A stretch of 64,000 nucleotides of DNA, taken from contig CAJINV010000010.1 in NCBI GenBank assembly GCA_905178155.1, forward strand, positions 3,244,587 to 3,308,586, read 5' to 3'. Source of the stretch: Amoebophrya sp. A120. Its lineage: Eukaryota > Protista > Dinoflagellata. The notes beneath the pieces are model-generated. The model ran no database searches and had not been told where the DNA came from. It was given only the letters and a program-made list of their open reading frames with translations. Made by a program: the position numbers and the translations under genes. Of this stretch, positions 49,346 through 60,583 are shown piece by piece; position 1 is the stretch's first letter; each line of letters starts with the position of its first letter.

Positions 49346-51057
49346 CGAATCCAATCGAATTTGGGACGAGATCACTTACCAGCAGCAGGGAACGACCCAC
49401 TCCACCACCACCAGGCCAACAGGCAAGACCCCCCAGAACCCCACCGCAGGTGGTTGAATGGGGGGAGAGGAGCGCCAGCCCAGCCCCACTTGCCCCAGAG
49501 CCACCACTCCGGAGCAATCCATCGCCCGCACGGAAGGCGAGCTCCATGAAACCGCGGAAAAGATCATGACATCCGGAACCGGCAATGTAGCGATGACACC
49601 AATTCCGCCATAGTAAACACAGCAACGCCTCAAAGCCCGCAAATCTCGAAACGTAGCTGCCCTGGGCACAAACCGCCCCGGCGCCTGCAGAGGTCATCGT
49701 GACACAAGTCCAAAAGCGTCCGAGCGCCAGCCAGCAAACGCGAGAAACATCTTCGAGAACGTCCCTGCCCGCGGGGTGGGACTGCCCCGTGTAACGGACA
49801 AAAGGTAGAAGCTGTTGCAACTGGACGCAGAGGCGCAAAAACTGAAAGAACAGTGGGCCATCCCCGGTAGTGCGTCCCCAGCGAGTCAAGCCAACCAGTA
49901 ACCCAAAGGAGCCCTCAACAAGGGCGCTACTTACTCCCCGATACTGACAAACAACAGGAGACCGAGCAAGAACAGCCGCCCCTTCGCGGCCCCTTTCCGC
50001 CTCCACGGGCACCTAAGTCTCACTAGAGGCACTAGACCTAACAATGCCTGCCGTGTCTAGCGGCAAGCAAAGCCACCCCCAAGGAGCGCGTGGCGAACGA
50101 TAGCGCTATCGTAGCCCCCAGGGCATACTACCGGCTAGCGCGCGAGCCCCTTACCGCCGGTAAGGATCCGTGCGCCTACGATTGTATCGACGCGACAACG
50201 AGAGCACCCCGTGTCCATAGAGACTCCCTGTCATAGACGAATCCAATCGAATTTGGGAGATCACTTAAGTGCAAATAGCATTTTTTTTGTCAGCTCACAC
50301 TTTGGGGGGGTATTTCTTTTTCTTTTGTCCGGGAGTCAACTACCCGGAAATCAACAGAAGTAAAGCGTCACTTCATCTTTTCCACGGGAAACATGATAGC
50401 TCGGCTCTCAAAAGGCCTTCATAGCAAGACACGAAACAGGCGGCAGCGCCTTCGTGCTGTGCGTTGTCGCTCAGATGGCCCGGCAATGTTGAATAGGCCC
50501 GCGCTTCGAGAAGTGGCTGGGCCACCTCCGGGACCGGGGCTCCTTTCGGTAGCCTATGCCGACCCCCTAATCCGCATTGGAAACTTCGGGTACCCTTTCG
50601 GTAGCCTATGCCGTGCCCCAAAATGGTAGCCCAGAGGCAGCCCAAGCGGACCCCCTTACCCCCCCCCTTCGGCACCCCCCCGGAAGCACTTGACTGCTGG
50701 CGCGTCCGCATTCTCAATATCTGGCCGTAGAGGGAAGATGCGAAGATGTCTGGGCGCGTACGGAATTGGATGCCGGAGAGGGGGCGCGGCTTCCCGCGCC
50801 GGGGGGCCGCAGGCCTATGCAACTTCAGCAAAATGCTGCGGCTCTATTGGAAAAAGGGGAAGGCCGGATGGCGGACCGTGACAACGAAGAGCGGCGCCAG
50901 CATCTAAATGGCCAACAGGAAAAAAAGCAGTAGCGACGCCCCCAATAGCCATGATTTTTTTGCCCCGCCAAAAAGTGCGCTTGCAAAAATGATGCTATTT
51001 GCCGATTTTTCCGCCCTAAGCGAATCCAATCGAATTTGGGAGATCACTTAAGTGCAA
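49346..51057. repeat. Three direct repeats of CGAATCCAATCGAATTTGGGAGATCACTTAAGTGCAA separated by two unrelated GC-rich segments
   Basis: Identical 37-mers at 50238-50274 and 51021-51057; variant with 3-bp insertion and shortened end at 49346-49378. Confidence 0.9.
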
Positions 51058-52932
51058 TGCCTTAATATTGGGACTAAGTCGCAGATTTCGTGGCAGTCAT
51101 ACGAAATTCAACTTGATGTACTGAAGATGATACTTCTAAGTGAAATAAGCAGGAGCCTCGTTGTCGTTCTTCTCGCGCATCAATGAGAAAAGACGGACAC
51201 GTCGCACTGCAACGTTTAATATATGCGGAAAACAAGTAGCGTTATCAATGCCGGGGTGTGGCGTTGGGTCCTTTCTGTTTTTATGAAAGATGCGCATGTA
51301 GTTCATCCTGCGACAAGTAACGTCAAGCTGTCACACAGTTGTACAACCCTTGATGCTGTTGTTCCTGAGTAGAGAAACGACGACGACCAGCAAAGCTGCA
51401 CGATTTCTTGACCAGGAACGGAACCAAGCAACCTAGAACGATACCGACAGCTTCAGCTGCGTCTTCAACCGACAGATTCAACGAGGTACAACGGACTTGT
51501 ACGAGCGAAACCAAAAAGTAAAATAGGACGAGAACGAGGACTACGAGGACTACTCCATCACCATCTTCTGTGCTCCAGCAAGCACACCGACAGATTTGCA
51601 TTTGGAATTTTTCCACGACCGTGTCATATCTGCATTTCCTGTTTATTTCTGTAAAGTACAAAGGAGCACGTGGAATCACCATCACGTCCACCAATTCTCT
51701 AAAGAATTGTACGAGGAGACATTTCTTTTCCCTAGACCTAGTTCACCTGCACGAATCACGTCACGAAGGAAGTCGAATCTTCCTGTTCTTCACGGGACGA
51801 TGAGGCGTCAACAAATGGTCTTCTTGAATAATATTCTATAGTAGTTTTATTACGTAGAACTACAGAGCCACCGTGCTGCCGGGGCTTGATGCGACGTCCA
51901 AAAAAACAACGAATGTTGCTGTTACTGCAGCACTTCGACCCCCGCCAGCTTGGCCATCGGGTCTCGCTTTGTCGATGACTCAAGAAGAAAAAACGACCTT
52001 CACGAAAATGCTTGGGTTCTTCGTCCACGAGCGTTAGTTTTTGTTTTTTTGGGGTAAAACACAAATGGAAATGACCGATACGATAAACAGCCACTTATTC
52101 TAGCGTGGAGCTGGAATGGAGAATGAAGCAATCTTGTAGTTTTGGGGTGGAGATGAAGCATCTTGTTTTGTGCTACTGCGTATATATTGAAATTGATGAT
52201 AGATGATGTTAGAAAAAAAGAAAAAACAAAGACCCAACAACACAGACGATGGGGTTAGTTTGTCGAAGTAGATCGCTGCGTAAAGCAGGTAAATAAAAAA
52301 ATAAAAGAGTAGCACTACTATAAATAATACACGTAAATGAATAAAGATGCTTCGGAAGAGGGGGGGGGGGAAGCATAGATGAAGGGCGCAACGATTCTCC
52401 TTAGCAACACCCGGGTCTTGCGTCGTCCTCAGCGCACGCTCGGATCTGCTCAGTCGTCTATCCTACGGGAAAGTAGTACACGCATTGCCCCATACTGAAC
52501 CTGAATCCTTCGGTATATAGATATACAAAAAAAGTAGGGGTCGGCTGTTCATCAGCATGAGAAATTCAATGACGTCTTTGTCATGGCCGTATCAAGCATA
52601 GGCAGCAGCGCATTACCAGTTGTTGCATTTTGTTTTTGCATGACAAAAAAGGTGCCCCTGCGCTATCAAGTTATGATTTTTCTGCTCGTTGTATACCATA
52701 AAATCAAAATGTGTGTAAGTGTACTCATCAGTAGGATATCGTCAGCTGGCCACTGATCACTACTTCCGGATCGTCCCCATTACCGTGGTATGGAATGCAA
52801 ACGTGCCCAGGTCGCTAGAAGTGGTGCGCACTCTTGATGCGTCGTGTGAATCACGCATAGTACCATCTGTCTTGCATGACAACCACAGAGACAGAGAGCA
52901 TGCTGATAAAGCTGCATGACAAATATCAGCCC

Positions 52933-55900
52933 TTATCCCGACTCAGTCAGATTTGCCTTCGATACGTGGCCGAATCTCGATCTCCTGCCGCCTGGAAAAT
53001 GAAAAATGAATTCATATGTTTGTAATTCTCTATCGGAACCAATTGAATAAGCGTTTTCTTTGCTTATTTGCCAAAAGGTTTTCGAAGCCGCTCTTGTTCC
53101 CTGTAAATGTAGATGTACCGGGAAGAAAGGCTTGGCTTCATCTAAAGCGCCGCATCTATTAAGATAACGAGAAGGACTAATGAGTACCTCCCACACTTTC
53201 CCCGGCTCAGATCCGTGTTCCTCCGGCCCACCCGCGGCGGATCCCAGCCCTTCCGCGGCTTCTTGGAGGTACATCTCGAATATCAAATGCAAAAGTGTCT
53301 GGGTCTGGAAACTTGTGATGCTGAAATGTGCATGATTGAAATCCTTCCAAGTGCACCAGCCAAGCATGACAAGTTTACCGAAGACTTTCTCAAGCGCAGT
53401 CCGTATGAGAAACTGCGCTTTTGTATGACAAAAGGAGGCGCAGTTTTGTTAGTCATGCAATACAGATTTTAATTTTACATGAATGTCGGACTTGCATTAC
53501 AAGTTCAATGTTGACCCAGACATATTTGCATTTCATATCGAAAACTTGGCTGTCGGGGGCTGTCCAGGACAGGAAGGGCCGGTACTGCTTCAGCGCGGTC
53601 TGGTAGTCGGCAAGCCGCTGCCCGCTGACCTCTTCGGCCACACGCAGCAGTAGGTTGGCGAGGTGGTCCCGGTCGCAAGAGTCTGGGTCCTTAATATGGC
53701 GTTCTCAAATGTTACATCCTCAACTACTGTTGCATAGGTTTGTAATGCAAGAATGGCAAAAGTGCAAGGGGGAAGATTTCGCCTTTTGCAATACAGGTTT
53801 GGCACAGATTTAAATGCTGTTCAGCCCTTCGGAAATTTGTCATGCGAGGCAGCTTGATGATGTAAATTACTGATGAGAGTTTTGCATGACAAATCCGTGC
53901 AACAGTTGAGAATGTAACGCTTGAGAACGCCATACTTGATGCCTCGTCGTTCGGTCGCTGGAAACAGCACTGCCAGGTTATTACAATGAAAAATACCCCC
54001 ACCCCAAAACTTGGCGGTGTTTGTATTGCAAGCATTTCCAATAGAAACATTCCCCGTCTTGCATATATCAGCATTACAAATTTTCCATGCTGAATTATAG
54101 CTCAAATTTGTATTGCAAAGAGCCCAGCACCAGCCGGGTCTGTTATGCAAAAGATATCTCGCGCGCCTAGATTCTGCATCAGAAAGATTCATAGTCCTTT
54201 CATGCAACAAGACAGAAAAGTTTTCATTTGGAAACCTCGCAACACAAATCATTGCAACTTTCGGAGTGGGGGCATTTTTCACTGTAATACAGGTCCGCCC
54301 ACGGCACCCGTGCCCGAAATGGCAAAGATGTAATCTGGTTCTCGTCCAGGAAGACAGGCACCGTCCCGTGTTCCAGCGCGTCGCTCAGTCGGGAGCTGCC
54401 TGCTACGTCCCCGTGTGCGTACAGGGTAAAACGTGTCTTGTGGAGTGCGTCGCAGTATTTGCTGGTCGAGGCGTGGCGCATGAGGCATCCAATTTCTGCC
54501 TTGTCTTCACTTGTGCCTGGCGACCATGCATCGGGGTCGCCGGGGCACTCCTTTGTATACACCGGTGTCTGAAGTCCGTGGTGCTGCACACCCTTGGGCG
54601 AACTGCTACTGGCGCAGATGGACCCCGCGCGTACGCTCGTCCTCGGCACCACCTTGAGTGCTTCGCATAGGCACTTGCGAAATTGGTACTCGTATCAAAT
54701 GTAAAAATGTCTGGGTCTGGAAGAGTGCGCGATTTGTCATGCAGCTTTTCAATGACCCATGAGGTCTGGAATGCAGGACCTAGCATGACAGATTCTGTGC
54801 GATCTTTCTCATGCCTATCCTGCATGAGAAACTGCCTCCCGACTTTGTCAAAACTGGACGACTTTTGCTTTTGGTAAATCATGCAACACAGATTTTTGCA
54901 TACTTCAGATTTAGCATGACAAGTTGCATTCTTCCAGATCCAGACCCAGACATTTTTACATTTGATAACTCGGGGCGTGTGTCAATCTGCCCGATCATCG
55001 AAAAATACCCCTCCGTATCAAATGTAAAAATGTCTGGGTCTGGAAGAATGCCAGACTTGTCATGCAGATTTTCCATGACCCATGAGGTCTGTTATGTATG
55101 ACATAGCATGACAGATTCTGTCAGAGTTCTATCACTATCATGCCTATCCTGCATGAGAAACTGCATCTCGGTTAGGTCAAAAGCGGACAGCTTTTGGCAC
55201 TCATGCAACACAGATTTTTGCATGATCCAGAATTAGCATGACAAGTTGCGACCTTCCAGACCCAGACATATTTGCAATCCATACTCCGGCATGCTCGGCA
55301 ACATGCCGCCCACAACACCTCCCTCTACAACCGCCCCAGCCGCAAGGACTTCTTCAGTGTGGGCGGGGCAAGTTACAGGAACCAGTAAATTTGGGAGCCG
55401 CTTTGCCGTATGCCTTACAAAAAATACTGGTATCTCGCCTGGGTCATCTGGAGGTGTGCAAACTTGTGCATTGCTTCTGATACATAAATCCAAGATCGCA
55501 CCAAAATCCTTGGTTTTTGGGGCCTCGACCTTCTTCAAAACTGTCAAGTTGATGCTAGAAGGGCTCCTTGCGAAGCAGACCTTCACCTTCTCCTGCCGCT
55601 CGCTGCCCTCACGCGTAATACAAAGACAAAAACAATGTGACAAAGATCTACACTCTTCCCGACCCAGCAGACATATGATTTTCACTGGATACGGCGACGC
55701 CGCCCCGTCGGTGAACGGCCCAGGGGATTTCCACTCGAACCAAGGGAATGATATGACGTTCAACCGATTGACGTTGGTGTGCTGCGTATCGCGAGAAAAA
55801 ACTGTTTCCCTGTCCTAGAAGATGACTCGTCACGGCGCACAGGACGTAATCGACAAAATTGCTTGTCTTTTCACAGACATCTTCAAGAAGACAGTGGATT

Positions 55901-58148
55901 TTTACCTAGTATTTTAAGGTGTAATGTGTTCGCAACCTCACCTAGATGGCAAGTACACGCATGGCAAATCTATACAAATCTTCTTTTATGTCACACAGGA
56001 CGTACTTCTGATCAACTACGCCTTGCAGGCTTATCGTTGCAGCGAAACATCACTTTTTCCGTGCGATACTGCACGAGCTGCTGCGAATCGTAGTGGGACG
56101 CTACAATCAAGTGATCCGCCCCGTGATTACGCTGGAAAAACGGACTCCGCCCCAACGCGTAGTCCAAGAGCTTGACCAGATCCAAGTCACAGACCATTCC
56201 TCCGCTGCAATCTGCATCACACCCCTCCATTTTCTCTGCCTGCGCCATATGCATCGCAAACATCATGTCTGGGTCTGGGAAACGGAGCACAACTTGTCTT
56301 GCTGAGTCTGGATCGTGTGAAAATCTTCTGTGTTCGATGGTTACCACAAGTTTCTTCACCAAATGGACAGGCACATCATGCGGAAATAAAGGCATTAGTA
56401 GAGATAAAAATATCACAGAACAATCTGTGATGCCACGGCATGGTGCATCACAGACCTGATGGAATAAATGGAAATGGATGCGTCATGCAAAATGTGCATG
56501 ACAAACGGTGCACTTCTCCAGAGAACAACTACCCAGACTACATATTTGCACTGCATACGCCACTGCTTCTGCCGATGCCGGGCAACAAATCGGACTCAAC
56601 TCGGCATAGCCTAGTTGCGCGTCTGAAAGAAGGTTCAACAGCGTCGGAACCACGAACAGTGTTGCGTTTTCAGGGTCACGCGTACGCTATGGGGTTCTCA
56701 GACACTCTACACGCTTGAGTGGTACATGAATGATCTGTCGCGCAAAAAAAATTTATTAGCATCAAACAACAGCCACACCATGAGGCTGCTTCGCATGACA
56801 AATTGTTTTTGTTGCTGAAGTGCTACTTCAACAGCATGGACGAAATCTGTGCCGAATTTGTGCTGCGAGAGGTGTAAGCAATCTCCCTCCTGTCACAGTC
56901 ACTTTTGCTATTCTGCCACCGAAAATTCATGTAACAGCTGAAAGCGTAACGTTTGAGAGTTCCATATACGCCACGGGTGTAGTTCTGGGTCCAGGGCCCG
57001 CTCGGCGAACAGAACGTCAGATGAGTGCTTTAGAAGCATATTGGCATCGGCAAGCGCTTCGTTCAAAGTAGAACTGGGGCCACCAGTCGCATTCACAGCA
57101 AGGGAGCGCTGGTCCGGGCCCCACACGCATCCAGGATGCCGCCAATTGAACTCCACCTCTTCGTACACATAAAACGGCACAGGCGGCAAGCGGGCGACGG
57201 GGTTCTTCACTGCGTCAATTGTTGAAGAAAGATGAACAGGAAGACTTTTACTAGTACCTGCTCCAGATGTTGAAGTCGAATCATGGTCCACGCGCTGGCT
57301 TCGTTCTTCGGAGGTCCTCTCCTGTGGTGTGGTCTTGACACTTGTTTTGCTTGTTTCTTGGCCGCGGCTGCGGGGCTGGAGATGAGATATCTTCTTCTTA
57401 TGCTGGCGGTGGCCGGCGCTCCTTCTCGACGATGAACCTTGCTCCGCCCTATCAAATGCAAATGTGTCTGGGTCTGGAAGGTTGCAAGTTTGTCATGCTT
57501 GTCTCGCATGACCCTCAAATCTGTCATGCACATTACCCACGAGCCCTATTTTTCTGTCATGCAGAAACGCAGTCTGTCATGCAGAACGGGCAACATCTAG
57601 AAGCTCAGAAACTTGTCATGCTGAGCCAGCACTTGTGGCCTCCTCATGATACGCCACCCAGCATCACAAGTTTCCAGACCCAGACATTTTTGCAGTTGAT
57701 ACGCCCTGGCTTGATGTTGTATCCTCCGCCCCGTCGACGTCGTCCTCGATGTTGCTACTTCATGGGACGAATATGGCGCTCTCAAACGTTACATTCTCAA
57801 CTGTTACACGAATTCGTGATGCAAAAACAGCAATAGGGAAAGGGGCAGGGTTGCAAGTCTTGCATTACAAATTTGGCACAGATTTAGATGCTGTTTAGCC
57901 CTTCGATAATTTGTCATGCGAAGCAGCTTGATTGTCTGGCGGCTCATGTATTTTTTGCATGACAAATCATGTAACAGTTGAGAATGTAACGTTTGAGAAT
58001 GCCATAACGAATGCTCTACAACTTGAAGCCTGTGTGCGTGCGCAGGGACGATATGTTCGTCGAGGCAGGCTAGTTCTATTATCCCAAGGAGCAGAGGGGT
58101 CGCTGCCTTTGATGCCTTCCGGCGGGAGAAGTAGCCGGGTTTGGACAT
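52933..58148 (-). CDS. Exostosin-family (GT47) glycosyltransferase; 10-11 introners; 3' end uncertain
   Basis: PFYVYE, SPFFQRNHGADHLIVASHYD, RFTLYAHGDVAGSSRLSDALEHGTVPV..LPF..VPW motifs. Confidence 0.8.
53281..53537. mobile_element. Introner family A
   Basis: TSD TCGAA. Confidence 0.9.
53695..53934. mobile_element. Introner family C
   Basis: TSD CTTAA/CTTGA. Confidence 0.9.
53979..54289. mobile_element. Introner family F-like
   Basis: TIR TATTACAATGAAAAATACCCCCAC, TSD CAGGT. Confidence 0.85.
54693..54967. mobile_element. Introner family A
   Basis: TSD ACTCG. Confidence 0.9.
55016..55283. mobile_element. Introner family A
   Basis: TSD CTCCG. Confidence 0.9.
55409..55691. mobile_element. 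Possible degenerate family A introner
   Basis: TATGCC..CTGGGTC / GACCCAG..ACTGGATA; TSD not conserved. Confidence 0.4.
55787..56068. mobile_element. Introner family I (divergent)
   Basis: TIR TATCGC..GAAAAA, TSD CTGCG/CTGCA. Confidence 0.75.
56248..56557. mobile_element. Introner family A (divergent)
   Basis: TSD CGCCA. Confidence 0.8.
56688..56966. mobile_element. Introner family C (divergent)
   Basis: TSD TACGC. Confidence 0.8.
57450..57701. mobile_element. Introner family A (reverse of 47389-47641 subtype)
   Basis: TSD CGCCC. Confidence 0.9.
57772..58006. mobile_element. Introner family C
   Basis: TSD ACGAA. Confidence 0.9.
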
Positions 58149-60583
58149 ACTTCGTGTCGTTCCGAGCTGGGGGTGTTGAAGATCCAGATCTACTTTTCCG
58201 CGGGGCGATGTTGAATAAAAATAAATATTACAGTAAAAAGACGAGAAAAACCTACAGCCTGCTCCGCCCAAATTTTGGGAAACAAACACAGAAAGCAGGC
58301 GCGACACGAACGAGGCAACGAGAGCAGCCGGGGCGGGGGCTAGTACGGAAAGTTGTGACTTTCTAACTATATTTAAAAACTACGTGAGGCACGACAGGTC
58401 GAGTTGGTCTTCGTTCATCGGGGTAAAAACTGGAACTTTAGATGTAGGTGGTACGTAAACGTATCACGACGAAATACAATAAAGATACGAAGAAAAACAT
58501 GACGAATGTTGTATACCACAGCGAGCTAAAGCTTTTTGCTGGTCATGTAGTAAGTAGATTAATAAACGGGCATTTGATCTTTTTCGGATACGAAGTACCG
58601 AGAAGTGAGGACGACAGGTTGCAACACGATATCTGCGAGAGAGGACAGAGACCTACGGGAACGTAGCCGGACGAAACCGAAAGTCAAACAAAATCCCTGT
58701 CTGCAAGATGGGAGTGGCGCACAAGAACGATAGTCTCGCACACTGCATCTACACATCCAGTTTTTTTCTTGCCATTTCCTGAGTACGCCGAGTCATGCTT
58801 CGCAAATAAAAACTGTTTTCTTGGCCGCGGGGAGACATCACCACACTCCCATCTCATTTCACCCTGGCGCATGCGTGTTCGGTGGATGTGTTGATCAAGT
58901 GTAGGAAACACTTGTGACGAGATTCGTCGGCCGCTCGATATGTAAATCATAAACGAAAACTTAACTCATATACGAAGTCGACAGAATCTAGAATAGTTGC
59001 ACGAGTTCTTGTGGAACGATTAGGTTTTGTTGGACGAAGGAACGATAAGACGTAGAATATTTGAACAAAGCGGAAACGGAGTTGTCGATGCAAATATTTA
59101 TATATATGATAAACTATAGTGCTAATTACGCAGGAACTGATTGATGTAATCCATCAAGACCGAATGATGTTCGAAAGTGGCTTCTTGGACGAGAGCACAA
59201 GAGACTAGCCACAGGACTGGTCCTCTACGGTAACAGAACAACAAATCACCAGCACCTCCCTCGTGGTCATCCGTTCAGAAATTAAAACAGGGAACCCGCT
59301 GCTGGCGCACGAAGAAAAAAACAACAGCACGCAGCTCCCGTACATGCTGTACTTCTGCTAGCGTTTATTTTTTTCGTAAAGTAGTTGTTTTTCATCGGGG
59401 GTGGAGCTTGCAATTGCATATGTTTATTTCATCTGAAGAGAAGTAGCTTGCTGCAACAGAAAATTACGGGGTCCGCAAATTTCGACCGGCCGCTAGAATT
59501 GTAGCTTATGACATCGGGCTCTTGCGCCTCGCCCAGCGTGGGTGAAATTATTATGAAGCCAGTGCCTGGTTAGGCACGGCATAGGTTCGTTATTTGCTTT
59601 CATACCCCGCTACATGAAGTGGACCTAACGTACGGACAAGCCTGTGACTGATTTGTAGAGTTCTCTACTACCTCCTCCAGCCGTGTTCTCTCGAGCTTGT
59701 TTTATGTTGCAACAGCCACCTGCGTTCTTGGCAAGGAGTTACAGATACAGTAGTGAAACAGGGATAACGATAAAGCCAAATGAGTGGGGCTGATAGTAAA
59801 AACTGGGGTACAGCTGTACAACGATTAATTTCTTCTTGTAATATCCGATATCACATTCTGTAAGTAAATTTTTTCTTTGGCTTGGCATTGGGATCTGGTC
59901 ATCGCTTCGAAAAAGTTTGAATTTTTGTCCGAAAGAACATACGAAAAGTTTGGGTGTTGTCTCTTGCACCCTTTGCATTTGAGGCCTTCTCGCCTGCCTG
60001 CTTGCAGCCCGGGGTAGTAGAAGTAGACAACACCAAACTGATGCTGTGCTCCTAACTGCTCCGAAGCTGAAAGGGCCACGAGGACACGAGGACGGACCGA
60101 GGCAAGAGAGAGAGAAAAAAAAAAACGTGGAACGTTCATTAACGGAGCGAAATTATGCAACAGCTGTAAGTAGTTGTTCTTGGTCCAGATCATTGCGCAA
60201 TTCTCATCGGGGCTACATGAATCTTACTATCTCGTCTGGGGAATCGGAATGTAGAAATCAAAAGGTCGCGCGTTGGTATTCATCTGTTTCTGTTCTGGCT
60301 GCAAAAAGAAAAACTAGAATGCCGAAATGAAAAATGATAAAAAAGGGCGGCCAGCGTTTTCAGCGATCAGCCTCCTGCAGTTGGACTGAAGCCGGAACGT
60401 CAGCCTTCGCTGGTTCGGAGGTGCGCTGGTAGTCGTCGTCGTGCTAGCACCAGACACGACTTTCGCCGTGTGGCGTGCCTATTCGTCATAGTTGGGTCTT
60501 TGCCTTTCTTTCTATCGGAGTGGGAATTCAAAAAAAAAAAAATTCAAATTTGTAGTTGACCACTACGACCTCAACAAGGCCTT

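Noticed and set aside
49284-50831. ORFs of 242 aa and 152 aa within the GC-rich cassettes
   Set aside because: No motifs recognised; length explained by GC content
49346-51057. CRISPR array or spliced-leader RNA repeat
   Set aside because: Spacers of 750-860 bp are far too long; no match to the dinoflagellate SL (CCGTAGCCATTTTGGCTCAAG)
13409-57785. Repeated short ORF peptides such as LPDPDIFTFD, FQTQTFLHLI, CKSIVLVL as a protein repeat family
   Set aside because: They are translations of introner TIRs in arbitrary frames
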